The position numbers were made by a program, and so were the translations under genes. Source: an uncultured Planctomycetota bacterium (lineage in GTDB: Bacteria; Planctomycetota; Planctomycetia; Isosphaerales; Isosphaeraceae). Taken from it: a stretch of 64,000 nt of DNA. The number at the start of each line of letters is the position of its first letter. Within the stretch, counting starts at the first letter, position 1. The notes beneath the pieces are model-generated. The model saw only the letters and a program-made list of their open reading frames with translations, ran no database searches and was not told where the DNA came from. The stretch lies in assembly GCA_963823665.1 (NCBI GenBank), contig CAWGMQ010000004.1, positions 2,752,001 to 2,816,000 on the forward strand. The letters run 5' to 3'. Shown piece by piece: positions 30,224-38,035 of the stretch.

Positions 30224-31828
30224 ATGATGACGTCTTGGAGCTGGATTCTGGGGCTCTGCTTGCTGCTCCAGGTTCCTCCGCCCTCGCGTGCCGAAGGTGC
30301 GAAAGGCGGTCTTCTCGTCGAGCGGCGTTCGATCATCGCTCGCGAAACGGCAGAGCTGGCGTCGCTCGCCACCCTACTGGCGCGGCAGGGAAAGACGGAG
30401 GAGCTGAACCGCATCAGGGTCGAGATTCCGCGCCTGGACGTGCAAGACGGGCCGACGCGATTCATGCCGCTGCCAGAAGTGATCGAGCGGCGCAAGTCAC
30501 CGGCGCCCGCCTCGCCGCCGGCAGGCGCCCGCGACATCCGGAAACGGGCTGCGACAGGCCTGTTCGAGGTCGCTCAGAAGGCCGCACGCTCCGAGCGGGC
30601 ACAGTATGCCCTTGCGAGCATTTGCCTGCGCGCCGTGCTCGAGCGCGATCCCGATCACAAGGAAGCCCGCCGGCTGCTGGGATATGTTCCTCACGAGGGA
30701 GGCTGGGCGACACCGTTCGCGGTGAGCGAGCTCAAGAAGAACAATGTCAACCACCCGATCTTCGGATGGGTGCCGGCCGATTGGGTGCCGAATCTGGAGC
30801 GCGGCGAGCTGCCGGCGCCGTCGCGAAAAGGCCAGAGAGTGCTTCAATGGCTGCCGGTTGCGGAAGCAGATCGGCTCAGGGCCGGTTGGAACCCGCCGTG
30901 GAAGGTCACCACCGAGCATTTCGAGATTCAGTCGGACGTGCCGCTGGCCGAAGCCATCACGTTCGGCCGCCAGCTCGAGGCCTTTCACGAGCTGTTCACG
31001 TCGCTGCTCGCCGATATTCTGGGCGAGGAGATCCCCATCGTCCGCCTCTTCAAAAATCCGTCAATCGACGCCCTAAGCCTGCCGGGAGTCAGGCAGCATC
31101 AGGTTTATTACTACGCTTCCAAGGAGGAGTTTGTCGACAAGCTGGGAGCCAGGCTCGGTCCGGAGGCTGCGCTCAACCTGGGCTTCTACGATCCTCCCAA
31201 ATCCGGGCACGGCCGCGTCCCGGCGTATTTCTATCGAGACCCGAACGGGCAGATTCCGGAAACCGCCACGCTTTACCACGAAGTGTCGCACCAGTTGCTA
31301 TTCGAGACGGCCGGCCCCAATTCGTACACGAAGAACTTTGGTAATTTCTGGGTATTCGAGGGCCTGGGCACCTATTTTGAGACCGTCACACCGCAGGCGG
31401 ATGGGTCGCTCGAAGTTGGGGGGCTGGTCGGCCCCCGGATTGCCGAGGCGTATCAGTCTCTGGTGGTCCGGCGCGGCTCGATACCACTTGAGGAATTCGT
31501 GGCCTTCGACGAGACAAAGTTCCGTGACAAGCTGCAGATCTATCAGAACTACCAGCAAGCGATGGCCTTGACTGTCTTCCTGATGCAGTGGAACCACGGA
31601 GTCTACCGGGAAGACTTTCTGGACTATGTGCGCGACGCTTATCACGGGCGGATCAAACGCGCGACCGGGCGATCGGCCCTTCGAAACCGGTTGCATCAGC
31701 CCTACACGACGCTCGAGCAGCAGTTTCTGACTTTTCTGCGTGACGGCTTTGCGGCTGGGAGTGGGGCGGAGACCTCCGAGCCGAAGCAGGCTGCCCCGGG
31801 CAGGATCCGAACCGTGCCGGATCGGTGA
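30224..31828 (+). CDS. DUF1570 domain protein (gluzincin-like putative metallopeptidase)
   Basis: Signal peptide; ARRLLGY, TEHFEI, LYHEVSHQL (HExxH), WVFEGLGTYFE. Confidence 0.8.
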   Translation: MMTSWSWILGLCLLLQVPPPSRAEGAKGGLLVERRSIIARETAELASLATLLARQGKTEELNRIRVEIPRLDVQDGPTRFMPLPEVIERRKSPAPASPPAGARDIRKRAATGLFEVAQKAARSERAQYALASICLRAVLERDPDHKEARRLLGYVPHEGGWATPFAVSELKKNNVNHPIFGWVPADWVPNLERGELPAPSRKGQRVLQWLPVAEADRLRAGWNPPWKVTTEHFEIQSDVPLAEAITFGRQLEAFHELFTSLLADILGEEIPIVRLFKNPSIDALSLPGVRQHQVYYYASKEEFVDKLGARLGPEAALNLGFYDPPKSGHGRVPAYFYRDPNGQIPETATLYHEVSHQLLFETAGPNSYTKNFGNFWVFEGLGTYFETVTPQADGSLEVGGLVGPRIAEAYQSLVVRRGSIPLEEFVAFDETKFRDKLQIYQNYQQAMALTVFLMQWNHGVYREDFLDYVRDAYHGRIKRATGRSALRNRLHQPYTTLEQQFLTFLRDGFAAGSGAETSEPKQAAPGRIRTVPDR

Positions 31829-31909
31829 TGAATATGCGATCGCTCGCCGCGTGCGATAAGAGTTTCATCAGCGAGCGATCATGGCCTGGAGAAGGCGACG
31901 GGAAGGTTG

Positions 31910-32152
31910 TTACTCGCCGACGTACGGGAGCAGCGCCATGAAGCGAGCGCGCTTAATGGCGGCGCTGGCGGCACGCTGAAATGTGGCGCAGCTTCCGCTG
32001 CGCTTGCGTGAGAAAATCTTGTTTTGATTGGTGCAGAGCTTCTTGAGCAGACCGACGTCTTTGTAGTCAACGTAAGCGGGTCGCGGGCAGCCGTCGCGGG
32101 TGCAGAAGCGACAGCGATTCTTGCGGTTACGACCAAATTTCTTCCGCGGCAT
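31910..32152 (-). CDS. rpsR: 30S ribosomal protein S18
   Basis: CRFC, VDYKDV..L, KI.SRKRSG.CA..QR, AIKRARFMALLPY. Confidence 0.95.
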   Translation of the reverse strand: MPRKKFGRNRKNRCRFCTRDGCPRPAYVDYKDVGLLKKLCTNQNKIFSRKRSGSCATFQRAASAAIKRARFMALLPYVGE

Positions 32153-32289
32153 TTCCTGGCTTTCCTCTCATCGAACAGAATCGTGGATGTCGACGATCGC
32201 GTTGTAAGCGTCACCGGCAGAGCCGGTCTTCGCGGTTCCGTCGGACCCAAGGTGGGAATCTGCAACTGTAATTCGATGCCCACGTTCCG

Positions 32290-32800
32290 TCAAGCGCCCG
32301 GCTGGATCGCACGATAGAATTCTCGCATCGACTCGACCTTGCCCCATTGCGGGTAAAGGGTTCCCCAAACGAAGACCATCACACCGCTGGCCGGAGAGCG
32401 GGTACCGTGATCGAGTATTTCCGTGACCTGGGAGACGGGTACGGTCTCGCCCCAATCGGCGAGCTGGACGATCGGCCAGATCTTGATCCGTTCATCGGGC
32501 AGGCCCTTGATGCCCAGAAATTGGCCGAGGGCTGCGGTTTGGCGGGAGATCCAAGCGGGATCAGCCGCGTGGCCGAACCGGGCGTGGTAGGGATGATCGA
32601 GAAGACGTCGAGATACTTCGCCTGGGCTTTCAGGTCGATCGCCAGCTTGGCACGAATTGCACCGGCGAATTCGGTTTCCGACCACGGGCAGTGGAACGAG
32701 CCGAGGAGCGCACCGGGTCGTTCCTGGTCCACCAGCTTGTCGCTCACGGAGGACGATCCGATCCAGATTGCGTTGATGCCGTATTCCTCACGACGGCGTT
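32290..32800 (-). pseudogene. Truncated, frameshifted remnant of a (possibly glycoside-hydrolase-like) gene
   Basis: RPGALLGSFHCPW..LAIDLKAQAKYLDVFS continues in another frame as PYHARFGH..IWPIVQLADWG..; no credible full N-terminus. Confidence 0.5.
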
Positions 32801-33094
32801 AGCCTTAGCCAGACGGATCACTCTCGCCATCGCAAGCCATCCTTCCGCTCATTCGGGCCGGTTCGATCGCGCTTGGTCAGCGCCTGAAGATAGCGTCTGA
32901 CGGCGACCGAGGCAAAAGTGCTGTCGGATAAGCGACTGCGAGCCGGCAGTGTTGCAGTTGCATTCAGCGAGCGCCAGCAGACTTCCAGCGTGGCTCAGAG
33001 TCGGCCAGTCTTGTATCCTGAGATGCGGAGTGAATCCAAAGCCGTCTAAACGGCCGTTCGCGGTTCCGGGACCGCGATTCACTCCAGAATGGAA

Positions 33095-33190
33095 CACTCG
33101 CGAAGCCAGTGCCACCCGACCGGCAAGGTCGGCGGACGGCACACGGAGCGTGCCTGCTACAACGGAAAACTGGCAAAGCCAGTGCCACCT
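33095..33190. repeat. Composite REP element, copy 3
   Basis: cactcgcgaagccagtgccac + ggcggacggcacacggagcgtgcctgctac (33131-33160) + actggcaaagccagtgccac. Confidence 0.85.
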
Positions 33191-33481
33191 GCGGCGCAGT
33201 TGTTCGTCTTCGTGGTCGGTCGCATTGCCGATCTACTCGAGCTGGATTACGAGGCTCTTGGTATGACTACGTGGAGACGGCCCGACATGGACAAGGGGCT
33301 CGAAGCGGATCAATGCTACTACATCCACAACGCGGCGCTTGCCAGGGGGCGTGAGGAGTTGGAGCTGGAGGTCGATCCTCCGCCCGACCTGGCGATCGAG
33401 GTCGATATCAGGTCGAGCTCGCTCAATCGAATGGGCGTTCACGCCGGTTTGCGAGTACCAGAGTGGGAAACGAAGCCATGA
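33191..33481 (+). pseudogene. Internal fragment of a Uma2/DUF820 endonuclease-family gene
   Basis: GMTTWRRPDMDKGLEADQCYY, PPPDLAIEVDI, GLRVPEW; lacks both termini. Confidence 0.8.
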
Positions 33482-34065
33482 CATTGCGGCTGGAAGAAGC
33501 CATGCGCTTCGCGGCGCAGGCTCAAGCCGGGCAATTGCGGAAGGGGAGCGACACACCCTATTTCGAACACCTCGCCGCCGTGGCGCTGATCCTCGATCGG
33601 GCGGGCTTCTCTGAAGACGTGGTGATCGCGGGCCTCTTGCATGACGTCGTCGAGGACACGCCCGTGAGTTTCGAGGAGGTGGCCGAACTTTTTGGCGCGA
33701 CGATATCGGACCTCGTCCGGCATTGTTCCGAGGTCAAGACCGACGAACTGGGCCACAAACGACCCTGGATCGATCGCAAACTGGACCACATTGACGCCCT
33801 GGCTACTGCGCCGATTGAAGCCCGCGGCATCATTCTGGCCGACAAGCTTCATAACCTGATTTCGATCGAGCTGGACCTTCGAGACGAGCGCCCTGTCTGG
33901 GGGCAATTTCACGCTCCGCGGGAGCAAGTCCTTTGGTATTATCACGCTACGATCGACATTTGCGGACAGGGTGATCCGCGGCTGGGGCGATTGGCGGTGT
34001 CATGTCGGGACGTGCTGGCGCGCGTTGAGGAAATTGGAGACGAGATACCGGACAAAGCGTGTTGA
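33478..34065 (+). CDS. HD-domain protein (Mesh1/small alarmone hydrolase-like)
   Basis: GQLRKG..PYFEH, AGLLHDVVEDT, ADKLHN. Confidence 0.85.
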   Translation: MTLRLEEAMRFAAQAQAGQLRKGSDTPYFEHLAAVALILDRAGFSEDVVIAGLLHDVVEDTPVSFEEVAELFGATISDLVRHCSEVKTDELGHKRPWIDRKLDHIDALATAPIEARGIILADKLHNLISIELDLRDERPVWGQFHAPREQVLWYYHATIDICGQGDPRLGRLAVSCRDVLARVEEIGDEIPDKAC

Positions 34066-34307
34066 GGCAAAAAATCCGCGGGTCCGAAGCCATTATGGCT
34101 GCTGAATCAGTCATCGCGTCCGAAGCCGAACGTGACACTTTCGCGGCGTACGCTTGATCCTGCGGTTCCGGTAAGATAAATTGATCTTGTCGGTCGAGAC
34201 TTTGGTACGCATACGGCCGGCTTTCGTGTCGTGCTAGCGTGGCACGACGGACTAGAGCCCGCACTTGCTCGAGGCTGGTCTCTGGCGGGTCCGGGGAGGC
34301 TAGGAAC

Positions 34308-34462
34308 GAAAGGAGGTGATCGCGTGTGTAGTGATAACCAGGGGCGGCTCGCCTAACGGCAGCCGACGGGTTGCCCGTCGGGCAGCCGCAACTCTTGACC
34401 ATAACCTTACGGTTGGGATCGGCCAGGTCTCTGGCCTTCGGGTTCGGGGCCTGGCTGAATCC
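34308..34462 (+). other. Structured element: extended SD, 10-codon mini-ORF (34324-34356) and two hairpins
   Basis: gaaaggaggtgatc; GTG-start MCSDNQGRLA*; ccgacggg-ttg-cccgtcgg; long UUCG-capped hairpin at about 34416-34462. Confidence 0.55.
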
Positions 34463-34514
34463 TTCATCGTGGGACTGAATTGACCGTGGTTTGAATTTGC
34501 AGAGGTTGATTTCG

Positions 34515-34634
34515 TTGCGTCACGCGTGCACAGAGAGTCTGTACGGTCTGTTTGCTTATCGCACCTGGCGGTGGTCCTGGGTGTTTACCAGGCTCACAAC
34601 CGTTCGCCGGGCCGAGGATGGAGTGTCACCTTAA
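34515..34634 (+). CDS. Aromatic-amino-acid attenuator leader peptide (39 aa)
   Basis: agagg SD at 34501-34505, TTG at 34515: MRHACTESLYGLFAYRTWRWSWVFTRLTTVRRAEDGVSP*, with 2 Tyr, 2 Phe and 3 Trp within 15 codons. Not in the ORF track. Confidence 0.78.
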   Translation: MRHACTESLYGLFAYRTWRWSWVFTRLTTVRRAEDGVSP

Positions 34635-34666
34635 CTCCACTCGACTTCCCAAAACACACAGTAAAG

Positions 34667-34704
34667 GCCCCGGCACCTTTCTCAAGGTTCCGGGGCTTTT
34701 TTTT
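34667..34704 (+). terminator. Intrinsic terminator (attenuator 3:4 hairpin) in the DAHP synthase leader
   Basis: gccccgg-c-acctt-tctc-aaggt-t-ccggggc followed by 8 T. Confidence 0.9.
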
Positions 34705-34777
34705 CGGGATGCATCGCCGAATGACTCCGACCGATTCGATGCGCGACGACTTATCCGCAAACGCCGCATCTCGCAGC

Positions 34778-34863
34778 ATACCAACCCGAAGCGTCAGCGA
34801 GGTTGTGGCATGCAGGGCTGGTTTTTTCCTCCCAGATCCCTCGCTGGCGCTTCGGGTTAGTGT
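34778..34863. repeat. Inverted REP pair (family A)
   Basis: ataccaacccgaagcgtcagcgagg ... cctcgctggcgcttcgggttagtgt. Confidence 0.8.
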
Positions 34864-34910
34864 CGGAACGAAGACTTTCAATCAGTAACCTTTTTGGAGG
34901 GCGGTCGACC

Positions 34911-35924
34911 GTGATCGTGGTCATGAAACCTGACGCGACAGCCGCACAGATCGAGCACATGGCAACACACATCGCCTCACTGGGACTTACGCCCCAGGTG
35001 ATCCATGGCACACACCAGACCGTCATCGCTGCACTCGGCGAGGAGCGACCGGGGCTGACCGAGGTCCTCGAGCCGGGTGAGGGGGTCGAAAAAGTCCTGC
35101 CCATCATGGCTCCGTACAAGCGAGCGTCTTCCGAGCTCAAGCACGAGCGCACCGTGGTGAAAGCCGGCGAGCTAGCGGTCGGCGGCACCCGGGTCGCCGT
35201 CATTGCCGGACCCTGCTCCGTCGAGAGCGAAGACCAGATCGTCAAACTCGCCCGCCAGCTCAAATCCATGGGAGCAACCGGTCTCCGCGGAGGCGCCTAC
35301 AAGCCGCGCACCAGCCCATACAGTTTTCAGGGACACAAGGAGCTTGGACTCAAGATGCTCGCCACTGCGGGCAAGGAGACCGGCCTGGCCATCGTGACCG
35401 AAGTCATGGCACCTGAGCATGTGCAGATCGTATCGGAATACGCTGACGTGCTGCAGATCGGCGCTCGCAACATGCAGAACTACCAGTTGCTCCAGGCCGT
35501 CGGCGATTCGGGCAAGCCCACACTCCTCAAGCGCGGGATGAGTGCCACCGTGGATGAGTTCCTGCTGGCCGCCGAATACATCCTCGACCGCAATAATCCC
35601 AACGTCATGCTCTGCGAGCGCGGCATCCGCACCTACGAGGATCACACGAGATTCACGCTCCCGCTGGCGACCGTTCCCTACCTGCACGACAAGAGCCATC
35701 TGCCGGTGGTCGTCGACCCGTCACACGGAACCGGCAAGGCACGGCTGGTCGCTCCCATGTCCAAAGCCGCCATCGCCGCCGGTGCCGACGCCCTGATCAT
35801 CGAGGTGCACGAAGACCCCGAGCACGCGGTGAGCGACGGTGCGCAGACCATCACGCCGGCGGCATTCAAGCAGTTGATCGAGCAGTGCCGGCGGATTGCG
35901 GAAGCGGTGGATCGGACGATGTGA
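34911..35924 (+). CDS. aroF: 3-deoxy-7-phosphoheptulonate (DAHP) synthase, class I-beta with N-terminal regulatory domain
   Basis: ggagg + GTG at 34911 (MIVVMKP); [54 protein letters not shown]. Confidence 0.95.
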   Translation: MIVVMKPDATAAQIEHMATHIASLGLTPQVIHGTHQTVIAALGEERPGLTEVLEPGEGVEKVLPIMAPYKRASSELKHERTVVKAGELAVGGTRVAVIAGPCSVESEDQIVKLARQLKSMGATGLRGGAYKPRTSPYSFQGHKELGLKMLATAGKETGLAIVTEVMAPEHVQIVSEYADVLQIGARNMQNYQLLQAVGDSGKPTLLKRGMSATVDEFLLAAEYILDRNNPNVMLCERGIRTYEDHTRFTLPLATVPYLHDKSHLPVVVDPSHGTGKARLVAPMSKAAIAAGADALIIEVHEDPEHAVSDGAQTITPAAFKQLIEQCRRIAEAVDRTM

Positions 35925-36118
35925 TGTCGGTCCGAACGGGGAAGTGCAACACGGACCGGACAACTTCCAGGAGAATGCATGAGGCGCCCAGCGACACGTG
36001 ACTCCCGCTCCCACAAGCGGCTGCGGTTCCTACTTGCATCTGCCGATGGATTCCGGACACTTGTAAGATTGTGTGTTGTGCGTGTGGATCACGGGGTCGA
36101 TACGCTGGGGAGCATGCC

Positions 36119-37849
36119 ATGAGAAAGATCACGACCGGCGGCTCGGGGCGAGCCGCTTTTGCGTCCGCTTTCGGGCTGATCGTCGCGGTTTTCTTGGCAG
36201 GAGCGAATGCCCAGGAGCCGCCGCCGTTCGCGGTCTGGGACTTCGGCGCGGTTCCGCACCCTGCGCCACTCGGGGCGCTCCTGCGCTCGGAGAGCGTGCA
36301 AGCCGAATTGAAGATGAGCGACGCGCAGAAGAAAGAAAACGCCGCAATCTTGGAGCGGGCGACCAAAAGGTTTCAGCAACTGCGCGCCGAGATCAAGGAT
36401 GTGGCGAAGCAGAGAGAGGCACAGGAGGCGCACGCGAAGCAATTGCGTGCCGAGTGGCTGGCAAACCTCAGTCCCGAACAGCGCAAACGGTTGGACCAGA
36501 TCCAGCTCCAAGGGCAGGGTCCATTCGCGTTCGCGTTGCCTCCGGTGGCGACAAGCTGGCTCGTAGAATCGATGCTTGTCGAACGGCTCAAGCTGTCGGA
36601 GGAACAGGCGCGACGCGCGCGCGCGATCTACAACGCTGCCGACAAGGAAATCGAGAAGGCGGCGAGCTTCCCGATTGAGCTGGATGCGAAGAACGGCCGG
36701 CCGACGATGGACGCCATTCGCAATCTGGTCGATCGCCCGGAATTTCAGACCGCCAAACAAAAAGCCGCTGAGGCCGGTCGCAAGGCGAGTGCCGCCGTGA
36801 CTAGCCGCATCGAAGAGATTCTCACCGCCGAGCAACGAGAAGCATATCGCAAGCTGCTGGGCGACCCAATCGACCTCACCAAGCTGCGGCTTGGCCCCCC
36901 GGGAAGGGACGAACGGGAATTCGATGCTCAGCAGGTAGCGAACAAGCTCGGCGGCGGTGGAGGCGGAGGTGGAGGCGGCCAGCGGGCCGATCCCAATTTC
37001 AGCACGAAGGTGGCTCATCCCGCGTATGCGTCCGCACCCAAGCACCCGCGCGTCTTGTTCGACGAGGCCCATCACAACTTTCACACGGCCAGTGGGCGGT
37101 ACAAGCCTTTCGCCGACCTAATGGCAAGCGATGGTTACCAGATCATCCCGAACCCCGAGAAGTTCACGCGCGAGGTATTGAACAAGGGCGACATCCTGGT
37201 CATCGCGAACGCGTTAGGGGCTGAACGTATGGGCCAGCCCGGCGCCGCGAACCCGGCTTTCACCGACGCGGAATGCGAGGCGGTGCGCGGGTGGATCGAA
37301 GAGGGCGGCTCGCTGCTTTTCATCTCCGACCACGCGCCGATGGGCTCCGCTGCCGAATGCCTGGCGAAGAAGCTGGGCGTGAGCATGAGCAAGGGCGCTA
37401 CGTCGGATGCATCGCACTCGGAAGGCGGTGATACCTGGCTGGTGTTCACCCGGCAGAATCAACTTCTGAGCGACCACCCGATCACCCGTGGCCGCGACGA
37501 GTCCGAGCGGGTCAACCGTATCCAGACATTCACCGGCACATCGGTCAGGGGCCCGGAGGGGAGCGTGCCGATCCTCAAGCTGGCGGATACCGCGGTCGAT
37601 CTGGCGATGGGCGACGGGCAGCAAGCTTCCGCGGCCGGCAGAGCCCAGGGCGTCGCGTTCAGCCTGGGCAAGGGCCGCGTCGTCGTGATGGGTGAAGCAG
37701 CCGAGCTTTCGGCTCAGGTCATCGGCGCCGACGAGAAGTTTGGAATGAACGTGCCAGGGCTTGATAACCGGCAGATGGCGATCAACATCATGCACTGGCT
37801 GTCGGGGCTGCTCGAGCCGCGGCAGGTGCCGCTCAAGAAAGCGGGCTAG
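36119..37849 (+). CDS. Secreted protein: LTxxQ-like helical repeats, Gly linker and GATase-like (DUF4350-like) domain
   Basis: Signal peptide; LSPEQ/LSEEQ/LTAEQ repeats; G10 linker; VLFDEAHHNFHT, GGSLLFISDH, GKGRVVVMGE, DNRQMAINIMHWL. Confidence 0.65.
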   Translation: MRKITTGGSGRAAFASAFGLIVAVFLAGANAQEPPPFAVWDFGAVPHPAPLGALLRSESVQAELKMSDAQKKENAAILERATKRFQQLRAEIKDVAKQREAQEAHAKQLRAEWLANLSPEQRKRLDQIQLQGQGPFAFALPPVATSWLVESMLVERLKLSEEQARRARAIYNAADKEIEKAASFPIELDAKNGRPTMDAIRNLVDRPEFQTAKQKAAEAGRKASAAVTSRIEEILTAEQREAYRKLLGDPIDLTKLRLGPPGRDEREFDAQQVANKLGGGGGGGGGGQRADPNFSTKVAHPAYASAPKHPRVLFDEAHHNFHTASGRYKPFADLMASDGYQIIPNPEKFTREVLNKGDILVIANALGAERMGQPGAANPAFTDAECEAVRGWIEEGGSLLFISDHAPMGSAAECLAKKLGVSMSKGATSDASHSEGGDTWLVFTRQNQLLSDHPITRGRDESERVNRIQTFTGTSVRGPEGSVPILKLADTAVDLAMGDGQQASAAGRAQGVAFSLGKGRVVVMGEAAELSAQVIGADEKFGMNVPGLDNRQMAINIMHWLSGLLEPRQVPLKKAG

Positions 37850-38035
37850 ATCGGTTTTCGCGATTCTGGGTTGGCGATTGGCCCGGGCGTGGAGCACTGG
37901 CCACTGGTGGGGCCAGTGCCACGTGCCGCCCGAAGGGCTTCGGTCTTGCAGAGGGCGGCGACCCTTCGGGTGCCCGGATACGCGCGCCCAACGAGAGTTG
38001 AATTTGCAGGCGTGCTCCAAGAGCCGCGAAGCGGC

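Noticed and set aside
34308..34321. 16S rRNA 3' end on the minus strand
   Set aside because: Only 14 nt match; the flanking sequence lacks the conserved helix 44/45 sequence.
34526..34888. ORF-track ORFs across the DAHP synthase leader
   Set aside because: They run through a terminator and REP pair; the aromatic-rich 39-aa frame explains the region better.
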